Source of the DNA: Octopus sinensis
Lineage: Eukaryota
Assembly (NCBI RefSeq): GCF_006345805.1
Contig: NC_043016.1
Location: 5,270,001 to 5,334,000, forward strand
Direction of reading: 5' to 3'
DNA: 64,000 nucleotides
Of this stretch, positions 52,351 to 64,000 are shown in pieces (within the stretch, counting starts at the first letter, position 1; each line of letters begins with the position of its first letter). The translations under genes and the position numbers were made by a program. Below the pieces are notes generated by a model. That model was given only the letters and a program-made list of their open reading frames with translations, made no database searches and had not been told where the DNA came from.

Positions 52351-53955
52351 GTCATCCCATAAATAATATGTTTTTTTTTTTCAGTTGCATGAATTAAAAG
52401 TCGGTGGGGATGGGATAAACTACCTGCATCAACTTGCTATAAAACCAGATAGTAATTTTACCTTGTACTTATTCTTTGTGCAAGTTTTGAAGAGTGCAGT
52501 TCGATTTTAACAGTTATTTTTTCAAAGCTATGGTGGAAGTGACAGAGGAGTATATTCGTCATATTTTGCTTTATGAGTTCAATAACGGTAACAACGGAAA
52601 GTGCGAGAAATATTAATACAATATAAGGAGATCGGACAATAAGCGTAAGCCAGTGTCAACCGTGATCCCATAAATCCCGAGTCGAAAACAGCCTAGAAGA
52701 CGAGCGTCTTACTGGAAGACCTGTAGAGCTCAACGAGGACATCCTGCAAACCCTGGTGGAACAAAATCACATCGTAACTATTGAGAAACTAGCAGTGAAG
52801 CTTGGATTTGGTCATTCAACCATTCATCGACACCTGTGTGCCATCGGAAAAGTAGCAAATTGGGTCAATGGGTTCCTCATAAACTTTCCGAGTCTAATCG
52901 CGCGCAGAGAGTGAAAGTGTGCTCTTCTTTGCTGTTACGTTTCACGAACGAACCTTTTTGAGACCTAAATAGTGACTGGTGACGAGAAATAAGATTTCTA
53001 TAAAAATATCAAGTGCCGAAGACAGTGGGTAGGGAAAGGAGAAACACCAGGCTAAAAGGTCTTCACCCACGTAAGATGTTGTTATTTGTTTGGTCAGGTA
53101 TGAAAGGTTTAGTCCTCTTTGAACTCTTAAACCCAAACCAAACAATAACAAAGGCGATCTACTGCGAGCAGCTTGAGCAGCTTTAATCAACACTAGAAGA
53201 AAAACGGCCATCTCTGGTTTCAATACGAAAAGTGTTCTTCCATCAGGATAATGCTCGGCCACATACAGCGTGGATGACATTCCTAAGGCTGGAGCAGTTT
53301 GAATGGGAAACGATGCCCCACTCACCATATTCACTGGACATTGCCCCATCTGATTATCATTTATTCCGCAGACTTCAAAATCATTTGGATGGAAAAATAT
53401 GAATTCTGTAGACGAGGCCAGAATAGTATTTTGGAAGAGCGGCCTTGCAAGTCTACCAGATAGATAGAACATTACTCTTTTACTCTTTTACTTGTTTCAG
53501 TCATTTGACTGCGGCCATGCTGGAGCACCGCCTTTAGTCGAGCAAATCGACCCCGGGACTTATTCTTTTTGTAAGCCCAGTACTTATTCTATGGGTCTCT
53601 TTTTGCCGAACCGCTAAGTTACGGGGACGTAAACACACCAGCATCGGTTGTCAAGCAATGCTAGGGGGACAAACACAGACACACACACATACATATGTAT
53701 TATTACATATATACGACAGGCTTCTTTCAGTTTCCGTCTACAAAATCCACTCACAAGGCATTGGTCGGCCTGGGGCTATAGCAGAAGACACTTACCCAAG
53801 ATGCCACGCAGTGGGACTGAACCCGGAACCATGTGGTTGGTTAGCAAGCTACTTACCACACAGCCACTCCTGCACCTATCTTGTAGAAAATGTTTATCTT
53901 AATTTTGAAAAATAAAAGGAGTATAAAAAAACGCATTATTTATGGGATGACCCTA
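52347..53955 (+). mobile_element. Near full-length mariner (DD34D) pseudogene with a SINE insertion
   Basis: TIRs TTGGGTCATCCCATAAATAAT / ATTATTTATGGGATGACCCTA with TA flanks; MVEVTEEYIRHILLYEF, WVPHKL, FHQDNARPH and YSLDIAPSDY motifs, with frameshifts. Confidence 0.93.
53474..53875 (-). mobile_element. tRNA-derived SINE inserted in the mariner
   Basis: Same family as 36915-37310; interrupts the mariner near LPDR/VEN. Confidence 0.85.
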
Positions 53956-53988
53956 TATATATAATATATATATGTGTATATATATATG

Positions 53989-54020
<32 letters not shown>

Positions 54021-54133
54021 TATAAAACAAGCACAGTTGCTAGTTTATAAGAGATGTAACTAGTAACTCTACGGAAAAGTAGTGGTTGTTACCACCTCAA
54101 CGTGGTTGTTTTGCATAGAACAATGCTACTACT

Positions 54134-54476
54134 GCTCTATATTTAAGAGATGAGGAATTATGTACATTATTTATATTATTTACGTTATTTATATTTGACG
54201 GATATTTGTCCTCATCTTGCTTGTTGTTAACACTGATATACCCTCCAGCCTTTATCAGGTGTCTTGGGGGAAATTTTGAACCTGGGTTCTCATTCCTAAG
54301 GTTTTTCTTTTTGATGTTATTATTATTATTATTAAGGTCACTGTCTGGAATCGAACTTGGAATATTGGGGTTAGCAACCCGCGCTTTTAACAACTACGCC
54401 CACGGGTATATGGCGTAGTGGTTAAGAGTACGGGCTACTAACCCCAAGATTCCGAGTCCGATTCCAGGTAGTGATC

Positions 54477-54528
<52 letters not shown>

Positions 54529-54731
54529 TGATGATGATGATGATGGTGGTGATGAGGAGGATGATGATGATGATGATGATGACATCAAAAAGAAAAACCT
54601 TAGGAATGAGAAGCCAGGTTCAAAATTTCCCCAAGACCCCTAATGAAGGCTGGAGGGTATATCAGCCAAAACGCCGTGTTAACAACAAACAAGATGAGGA
54701 CAAATATCCGTCAAATATAAATAATGTACAT
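54134..54731. mobile_element. Head-to-head dimer of a tRNA-headed, HHR-tailed SINE-like element with a 12-bp TSD
   Basis: Arms 54134-54400 (-) and 54412-54731 (+), spacer CACGGGTATAT, AATGCTACTACT at 54122-54133 and 54732-54743. Each arm has an A box (GGCGTAGT-G), a B-box-like motif, an (AAT)n linker and a decayed CTGATGA-A-GGCTG..CAGCC-GAAAC motif. Confidence 0.8.
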
Positions 54732-55302
54732 AATGCTACTACTCTCTTTAACCCCCAGAGGACACCTCTAGAGGATTAATGACACAACATCTATGTCTGA
54801 TATTTTGCAAACAAGGGACCGAACAAATCCCATATAGTAGCGGACTAGTAGACCAGCTGGTTTATATACTGCAAACTGGGACGATCGGCTGCCATTTCTT
54901 GTAGACATGTGTACCAGTACTGATCCCGTTTTCATAGGGGCTCCTAACGACAATGTAAATTTCATATAATCAAGGTATCCTTGGCCTGAGGAGTAGCTTG
55001 TGGTCTAACCCTTGTTTAAATAATTTACTACTTCCGAAGTTCTGCTAGCTATGAAACCTATGCATAAACTTTGTATACATTTAGATTCAGCAAAATTTAG
55101 ATTCAGATGAATATGGTACTTAAGTTAAAGGCACCAGAACTTTGTATGGTATTATCCATATAAATCAAATGGGGTGATTATAATCAAAATAATCAACAAG
55201 AATATCCAACATAGAGTAGTAAAATTGTTTCATGCTACTTCATTTTATTAAACCCTGTAAGTATTACATCAGTTTAAAATGTCAAGCAATCTTCAGCCAC
55301 AT

Positions 55303-55395
55303 ATAGAATTTTTCAATTAAACGGACAATGCACATTCATATACTTATGAAATAAGTATATGAATGTGCATTGTCCGCTTAATTGAAAAATTCTAT
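55303..55395. repeat. Near-perfect 45-bp inverted repeat with a 3-nt loop
   Basis: 55303-55347 versus 55351-55395, one mismatch, loop GAA. Confidence 0.95.
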
Positions 55396-55553
55396 CATGA
55401 AACAATTGTACTGCTGTACCTTGGATATCCTTGTTGCATATATATATATATATATACATATATACATAGGGGAGGAATCACAAAAAAACAAAAGACAGGT
55501 GGTGTAGAAAACAAACAGATGTATTAGTATAACGCTCGGGAATTGAAAAAGTC

Positions 55554-55616
<63 letters not shown>

Positions 55617-55654
55617 GTATGTATGTAATGCATATAAATGGTATATATAAAGAA

Positions 55655-55925
55655 GCACTCCGTCGGTTACGACGACGAGGGTCTCAGCTGATACGATCAA
55701 CGGAACAGCTTGCTCATGACACGTGTACCCTTAACGTAGTTCTCGGGGAGATTCAGTGTGACACAGAGTGTGACAAGGCCGGCCCTTTGAAATACAGGTA
55801 CAACTCATTCTTGCCAGCTGAGTGGACTGGAGCAACGTATCTTGCTCAAGGACACAACGCGTCGCCAGGAATCGAACTCACGATCGTGAGCCGAATGCCC
55901 TAACCACTAAGCCATGCGCCTTCAC
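55655..55925 (-). mobile_element. tRNA-derived SINE
   Basis: Minus-strand head GGCGCATGGCTTAGTGGTTAGGGCATTCGGCTCACGATCGTGAGTTCGATTCC. Confidence 0.8.
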
Positions 55926-56311
55926 ATATGGTATATATATGACTCTTTATATTGTACGCATAAAGACACAGACGCATACTTACACACACTCGCGCGCGCA
56001 CGCACACATGTACACACACACATATATACATGTCCCGACATTTCATTGTCTCTGACAACGGAATCTGTTCTGCCTTTCTTCTTGCATTTCTCTAGCCCTT
56101 TGACGTATGGACCATTGAGCTTCAGATAATTGAAAAGTATCATGTTGTCTTTATGCATTGTATTGAATGTTCTATGTAAAAAAAAATCAAAAATAAATCC
56201 TGCAACTTTCAATGCATTTTCGTTGTTTCTAAATCCAGTCATATGGCTTTATTTTATCCAACCGCCAAGCTTCATAAAAATCGGCCAAGTAAAAAATTAT
56301 ACTTTATATAT

Positions 56312-56351
<40 letters not shown>

Positions 56352-56409
56352 ATATCCATGTATCTATAAGTATTATGTATGTAGACATGTGTATATATAT
56401 GTGTGTGTG

Positions 56410-56453
<44 letters not shown>

Positions 56454-56459
56454 AATATA

Positions 56460-56539
<80 letters not shown>

Positions 56540-56645
56540 AATACACACACACATATATATACACATGTCTACATACATAATACTTATAGATACATGGATA
56601 TATACATACATATATGTGTGTGTGTGTAAACAACTAATTAAAATG

Positions 56646-56680
56646 GGTGGCTTATTAGCCACCTCATCAGTGGTCATCAG
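56646..56680 (-). ncRNA. 5' half of a hammerhead (core + stem II), GAAAC lost
   Basis: CTGATGA-GGTGGCT-aata-AGCCACC, then unrelated sequence where GAAAC is expected; a duplicated CCACTGATGA lies upstream. Confidence 0.5.
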
Positions 56681-56946
56681 TGGTCCTTTGCTTTCTTCTT
56701 TCTTATTTGTGTGTTTCTCTTTACTAACGGTCAGCCATTTTATATTTTGTATTCCTATTGTATGTGTCTTGATTTGCGCATGCGTATATCTCTATGTGCG
56801 TCTATGTTTAGTTAGTGTGTGTGGGGGGGGTGCCTGTAATATTTGTATCTCCTGTTTATATACGTTCGTGTAATTTGTTTTTTTGTTTATTTCTATTTTG
56901 TTCATGTGTTTTACGCCTACTTATTATTATCATTATTTTATTATTA

Positions 56947-57031
<85 letters not shown>

Positions 57032-57099
57032 GTTATTGTTATTATTACTATTGTTATAATTCCGAGGTCGACTTTGCTTTTCATCCTTTCGGGATCAAC

Positions 57100-57368
57100 G
57101 ACATACGTAGGGGAAACGGCACGGAGCATAGGAGAGCGAGTAAATGACATGGAGAGAACTTAAGGAAGAAAAGAGCTCATTGGTTCTGTACCAACACGCC
57201 GAGCAGGAACACGGGGGCTCAATAAACAACATAGAAGTTAAAATCTTGTCCATACATAGAACAGACGCAACAATCAGACAAATTACGGAAGCTACACACA
57301 TAATAGAAGATAAACCTAGCCTGAATGGGAAACTGGAATGGAACACTACCACACACCACAGCATATGA
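57100..57368 (+). pseudogene. Penelope-like GIY-YIG endonuclease 3' fragment
   Basis: YVGETARSIGERVND / LVLYQHAEQEHGG...IRQITEATHIIEDKPSLNGKLEW. Confidence 0.85.
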
Positions 57369-57482
57369 CAGAAGAAGATCCCCATAACCTAGTTAACCTA
57401 GTAGCAATATAAAGAAAACTAAAAACATAATAAAATACACAGATAAATAAACAAATGGAAGTAAATAACTATATACATTAAA

Positions 57483-57561
<79 letters not shown>

Positions 57562-57562
<1 letters not shown>

Positions 57563-59545
57563 TAATTCTTTTTATTGGCCACAAGGGCTGACACACATGG
57601 TTAGTAAACATAAAGGAACAAAACAAGACGAAAGGTTACAAAGGGTTTTGTCCGTTTTTGAAAAAATTCGAGTAAAACTGTTTAACAACGAAAGATTGTA
57701 ACAATGAAAAACTCCCAATAGGGGGAGGCGCTTCGAAAGGTTCCTGGTGAAAAAAAACCCATAAAAGCCAACGGGAGCCTGGTCAAAAGTGGGGTAGAGA
57801 GCCCTTCTCTCCTTTTATAAAACCTTTTTCAATCACAGGCGAAACCTGAGAATTGGTCCATTTATACTGGCCATTCTCGCACAATTCACTCATAAAACCT
57901 GCTATCGGACAGCACTCTCCTCTCTAACCTCATCTTCCTTTTCAAGTGAAACTTGAAAAAGTTGATGAAGCCTTGACCAAAGAGGAAAGTGTCTGACTTT
58001 AGCCCTTTCAAACGGGTCCACCATACAACCTCTTTCGCCACAGCCACTAGGCACAGGAAAACGGCCTCGCCCTCCTTGTTAAAGGAGGTCGGCGGGGCAA
58101 TCTTCACTATGGATTCGGCTGATAGCCGGATCCGTCCTATTCGACATAAACCCATCGTTCAGCAATACTCGGGCACTGGACGAGTGCGTGCAGAACGGTT
58201 TCGTCGTCCTGGCAACACCTCGGGCAGGCCCGGCTGACGGCACTTCCGTGCCGGTAGAGTTTAACCCGAACAGGCAGAGCCCCTCGGTAGCACTGCCAGG
58301 CGAGCGACCTCTGGAAATTATCCATGGCCCCGGCCCGAAAGTCCTTCCGAACAGACCGCTCAGTTCGTTATCATCAACGCCTAGAGTTTCCCCGAGAACG
58401 TCGTCGCATTTTTCTCCACTAACCCTCTATAGAAACGTAGAGTGGAGCTGTAACCGATCGCATTGCCCGCCTGGCGGAGGTCGGAGAGAGCTTGACGGCA
58501 CTCGACGGGGGGTACCCAAGCGCCCTTTCTCGGTCTACGTTTGATCCAGGTCTGCAGCTCTGTCAAAGAGACGAGCTGCGGAAAGACGACCACACCTGAT
58601 CACCGTCTAGGAGGAAACGCTTGAGATGTCGCAGCCTGAGCGCATGTCTGCGCATCAGTAACCACGGCATGCCAAGGCCTCCGTTCAGCGCGTCGTTGAC
58701 AGCAGATGGATCGCTGACCAGTGGCACCTGACCCTTCCACAAAAAGTCGAAGAGCAGGCGTACCAGCTTGGCCAACGCAGTTGGGACAAGGGACGACGGT
58801 CAAGCGGTAATAGATGACGGATGTGATGTACGCATTCACCACCTCCGCTGGACCTTTCAGGGACAGCTTCCTCTCGGCCCATTTCTGGGTGAGACGTGCC
58901 ACCCTGCTCGTCACCTCTTCCCAGTTTTTATCCACCTGGAGGTCCGGACCGAACCAGACCCCGAGCAGTTTAACGGGTATGTCTGTCCAGCGCCCTACGA
59001 CGCTGTTGGACGGCATGGGTTTGCCTCTCCAGGGCTTGCAAGCCCACAGACTTTTCTGTGTTAATCTTTGCCCCTGTCACCGCTTCGTACTTGTTTAATG
59101 TCTCGCCAATCAGGCCAATGTGCCTGTGGATCGACACCATCACGGTGACGTCGTCGGCATAGGCAGACACGCTGTTTCCATCTCCTAGATCTCCTAGATC
59201 GCGCGGGATACCCCTCAAAGCCTCCAACTTGCGCAGTAATGGCTCGAGAGTCAATATGTACAAGAGGGAGGAGAGAGGGCATCCTTGGCGGACCGAACGC
59301 GAGATTTCAAACGGTTCCGAAAGGTGACCGTTCACCTGTATCACCAAGCAGATGTTGCTGTATAAAGCAGCGATCCACCCGCGAAAGACTGGACTGAAGC
59401 CGGCTGCCTTGAGAACAGCTGCCAGGTACCGATGGTCGACCCTATCGAAGGCTTTACTCTGATCTAAGTTGATCAAAGCCCCACCCGCGCCAGCGTCGTT
59501 ACCCACCCTCTCTATGAAAAGAGAAACAGGTGCGTTGCTGTAGAG
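57562..59545 (-). mobile_element. 5'-truncated Tx1/L1-clade LINE, GC-rich
   Basis: LDQSKAFDRVDH, SVRQGCPLS, AYADDVT, KLLGVWF and C-terminal CPRC..DETVLHALVQC; AATAAA and (ATT)n tail near 57500-57575. Confidence 0.9.
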
Positions 59546-59611
59546 TATACATACATACCTACATACATACATACATACATACATACATACATACATACAT
59601 ACATACATACA

Positions 59612-59644
<33 letters not shown>

Positions 59645-61445
59645 TTAAAATGTGCCCTTACTGGAATTTTCCGAGAAAAATTACTTGAGGAGAGAGTATT
59701 CTCTACCAAAGTTAGTAAAAAAAAAACACCAGATACGGTATTAAAAGCTGTTAACGAAATTAGTGATGAGTATTTAGAGCTGTGTAAGGAACCCACATAC
59801 TGGCAGATTAACGTCTTTCTGTATGCGCTGGCTACAACTGTAAAACAGTACATTAATGATATTCAAAAAGTAAACAAAACCGAAATAACAAAGAAAGTAT
59901 CATTATGGGTTTTGAAGACAGAAAGAAAGATAACTGGTTTACGGAAAACCATCAATGATGTAATGATGCTTATTGCGTGCAAACAAGCAAATCACTCTAC
60001 GTCCCATCAACAGAAAGCAAAGAAGGAGATAGAAATGATGTTTGGAGACAGCAAAAAGAGGACACTCACTTGCAGATTGATTACCCTCAAGCAGGAGCTA
60101 AAAGCTGTCAGTGACATCAGAAGAGAATAACAGAGAACAATAAACAAAAATTTTAACCGCAACCAGGCAGCAGTGCTCTTACTGGAATTTTCTGAGAAAA
60201 AATATCTTTGGCTTTGAAGTACTCTCTCGAGGAGGGAGTTTTCTCTACCAAAGTAAGTAGAAAATACACTAGATACGGTATTAAAAGCTGTTAATGAAAT
60301 TGTTGTACTTATGAAGAAGATTCGGAAAGATTTCAGCTACCAAGGGACATCAGAAGAAAATAACCGAAAGAAGAACAATAAACAAAACATTTAACCGGAA
60401 CCAGGCAGAGACATGAGTGGAGGAGCAGTAAACAATCCGGAAGCTCCTTCACGAGAAGACATAAACTTCTTCTGGAGGAAAGTCTGGAGTGAGGAGGAGT
60501 TTAACGAAGATGCTCTGTGGCTGGTGGAAGAAATCCAAAAAGTTATTACTCCTGCATTACACCATGACATACAACATTGATGGTGAAACACTTGTAACTG
60601 ATCCAGAAACTCCAGGACAGAAAAGCACCAGGAAGAGATTTGATTGTCGGATATTGGTACAAGAAGCAAACCTTCTACTGACCATATCTTATCAATCTGT
60701 ACCACCGAGCTCTCATTGGGAGCAGTAGCATACCACACATGTTAGCTCTGGCAGAGACAAAATTGATCCCCAAATGCAGAACCACCCACATTACAAAAAC
60801 TACCGGCCAATTACATGCCAGAACTTAATGTATAAGATACATACAGCATGTTTAAACCTCTTCCTCCAGGACCATTGTGAATTCAATAGCATCATCAAAG
60901 CCGATCAAGCAACTGGGAAGAAGGGAGTTTGGGTATGTGCCGAGCAATTGTTAATCAACAAAACTGTGATATCAGAGGTGCGAGAGCATAGGAGAAACCT
61001 AGTTTCAATGTGGCTACACTACAAGAAAGCTTTTGACTCTGTCCCCCATTTATAGATGCTAGAAGCCCTTCAACTTGCTAAAGTTCGAGTGAGCGTAGTC
61101 AAAGCCATAGCTGACCGGACTTCATCGTGGGCTACCATTTTGAAATTAAACATAAAGAGTGAATATATTATCTCCGATAGAATACAGTATCGCAAAGGCA
61201 TATTACAAGGGAACAACATCTCTGTGATGTTGTTTATACTTTCTGCAAACCCCTTGTCATTCATGTTAAGGAAGTCTGAAGGATATCTTACTGGTTCAGA
61301 AGGAAATAGAAATACCAAAATTACACACTGTTTCTTTGTGGATGAGTTGAAACTTTATGCAAAGAGTAAGCATGAGATGAAAAAGAGCCTTGACCTAGTT
61401 ACAACATTCTCAAAGGATGTAGGGTTTGAGTTTGCTGACAGTATT
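59645..61445 (+). mobile_element. R4/Dong-like LINE fragment (pre-RT + RT), decayed
   Basis: KNYRPITCQNLMYK, EQLLINK, YKKAFDSVPH, GILQGNNIS and FVDELKL. Part of the 5' region is duplicated (about 59652-59760 versus 60172-60300). Confidence 0.85.
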
Positions 61446-62307
61446 TCAATAAATACACTTTATTAAAATAAAAAAAGTTTTCCCAAAATAAAACATACAA
61501 AGTATATTTATAGCAACTCGCACACACAAACATACGTAGACATATATACATACACTTAAACAACCATAAACATACATTTATGCAACCAAATACTCACACA
61601 CACACACACACACAAATATTTCACCCAAACATGCCCATAAACACTATCAAACATTCATATACACACATGAATACATATAATTGACCCTTACGCTAAAAAT
61701 ACAAGCAAGGCTGACCCAAGCAATTTTCGATGAATGTGTTTATCTTTTGGTATCTTGTAGAAAGTATGTTTTCTTTTTAAAGAGCACTTTTATGTAAATT
61801 TTTTTTAAGTTTCCGGAAGACCACATTCATTATATGTCGCTCTATAGGATGTTGCCTCTTTGAGCGTGGGGCTCCCTTGAGCGCAGGGCCCCCTTGCGGT
61901 CGGGACTTGATTAGGGGTAATCAATCCAATCGGCTTAAGCCAGCCCTGTTCATAACAATACTAGACTCTAAACGTGAACCATTAAATTAACTTTTTCAGC
62001 TTATTGAACTTTGATATGGGAAAAGCCTACGACCTTCTATGTCAATAGACCATTATTGTTCCTGAAAGTTGTTTTATTATGCCTACTAAGGACTGTTTGA
62101 ATCTCACTAACTTCCCGCACCTTGATCTTTGGATTTTATAATTATATATCATTAATATATAATATATATGTAATATATACAACATACTATGGCTGTGTGG
62201 TAAGAAGCTTGCTTCCCAACCACATGGTTCCGAGTTCAGTTCCACTGCGTGGCACCTTGGGCAAGTGTCTTATAGTGTAGCTGACCAATATATATATATG
62301 TTATATA

Positions 62308-62398
<91 letters not shown>

Positions 62399-62439
62399 TT
62401 GGGTCGTTCTTTTTTACTCATTTATGTATATATATATAT

Positions 62440-63050
62440 AGTACAAAGTAAGATAGGGGGGTTATGGGTGTAACCCACCATGGAATAGCATTTATCCAAT
62501 ATACTGTTGGTAAAGTACTCAGATTCTTAATACATAATGTTCTTAATTGCAATGCATTAATTAATTTATTGTATTGAAGGGTTGAAGGTAAAGAAATATT
62601 TTTACCGTAAATTATAATACAAATAAAAAAAATGAGAAGAAAAGGAGAAGAAACAAAATAGTTTGTTCATCAACTTTTGGATATTATAATGTTGGATTAT
62701 TATTCATTTAACAAAATGAGACCTCAATAGCATACATATATATCTTATAATTCATACATATAAGATATAAGATAAGAATGCAATTATAAAAGTCACAATA
62801 TACATTAATGAAATCGTTAAAATCACTTCTTACAGCTGTTTCAGCCTATGGCTAAAAGTAGATAATTTTATTTTATTGCCTATAGTTGTCAATAATTGAG
62901 GTTGTAGGCATTTAAAAATAGGGTACTTATATAAATAACCATAGGCCTCGTCAGAGGTTATAAGGAACTTTAAAAATATTAATATTAATACATTAAACAT
63001 GATGCACATATTACTTAATATATATATAAAAAATAAACAAATATCCATTT
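62440..63050 (-). mobile_element. AT-rich HHR-bearing repeat, same family as 24900-25680
   Basis: Shared terminal segment ...GGGTTACA(C/T)CCATAACCCC..ATCT.ACTTTGT abutting (TA)n; HHR at 62829-62956. Confidence 0.65.
62829..62956 (-). ncRNA. Type-I hammerhead with an extended stem II loop
   Basis: CT-CTGACGA-GGCCTATGG-(about 87 nt)-CCATAGGCT-GAAAC-AGCT-GTA-AG; palindrome ACAGCTGT; stem I only 2 bp in this copy. Confidence 0.65.
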
Positions 63051-63254
63051 AGACATATACATATACATATATACACACATATACATACATAAGCAAAGTG
63101 TATATACTATTTCCGTGTGTAAAAAGATAAATAAACACAATTAAACAATAGGTTCAAGTAGATATACCATACGTCCTATACATATATACATACATTGGAA
63201 CATATAAACAGGTCTATGCTTACGGACAGATAAATAAAAATTTATTATTATATA

Positions 63255-63265
63255 TATTATTATTA

Positions 63266-63328
<63 letters not shown>

Positions 63329-63339
63329 CATTATTGTTA

Positions 63340-63385
<46 letters not shown>

Positions 63386-63414
63386 CATTATTGTTATTGT
63401 TATTGTTATTGTTA

Positions 63415-63464
<50 letters not shown>

Positions 63465-63567
63465 GTTATGTTTATCAATAATAACAATATTATAAAACGT
63501 CTATGCTTATGACCAGATAAATAATCAATTATTAATAAAAAAACACTGTTATTATTATCAATATAGA

Positions 63568-63642
<75 letters not shown>

Positions 63643-63645
63643 GTT
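63255..63645. repeat. (ATT)n microsatellite blocks
   Basis: Directly visible. Confidence 0.92.
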
Positions 63646-64000
63646 ATCAATAATAACAATATAATTTATTTATAGTAATCTTCACTTGACAATAGATATT
63701 ATAATAGATTCTAACATATCAGAAAATTACGATACAAGATTTAATATATATATATTCATACATATATACATGTATACAAGTATACATGCATATAAACATA
63801 TAACATACAGTTAGAATATGTTTATCATTGTATACATCCTCATAATGCAAACAAATTCAATTGTAATATCCAAAAGAAAAATTTTTATCTTTTCGTCAAA
63901 ACTGAAGTTAAGCCACATTATTTATGCTCTATGTTATATTTATATAAAAAATTTTCAAAATTACTGGAGGTTAAGGAGCGGTTATTTTAAATCACAAGCT

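Noticed and set aside
54412-54475. Functional tRNA gene
   Set aside because: A and B boxes are present, but there is no complete acceptor stem and it continues into a repeat body; it is a SINE head, as are 5748, 41862 and 55860-55925.

Overview
Repeat-saturated, AT-rich eukaryotic DNA. The SINE, LINE and microsatellite landscape looks like an octopus genome (inference from repeat families, not verified). I could not support any host protein-coding exon. Nearly all short ORFs in the track are microsatellite artefacts or decayed transposon fragments: R4/Dong-like, RTE, CR1 and Tx1/L1 LINEs, Penelope-like elements (PLE), a Helitron with both ends, hAT, mariner, maT-like, Tigger/pogo, a solo LTR, a Ginger-like integrase and many tRNA-derived SINEs. 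The signal no ORF explains is RNA-structural. At least seven unrelated AT-rich repeat families carry minimal type-I hammerhead ribozyme (HHR) motifs, and each has a different but self-complementary (palindromic) stem III, the dimer-type HHR known from PLEs and retrozymes. The two most striking cases are (i) a 492-bp HHR-containing tandem array folded back into a 2.4-kb palindrome whose inversion point lies inside the ribozyme, and (ii) a tRNA-headed, HHR-tailed SINE-like element present as a head-to-head dimer inside one 12-bp target-site duplication. All pairings were assigned by eye and no ribozyme activity has been shown. Many element boundaries are approximate.
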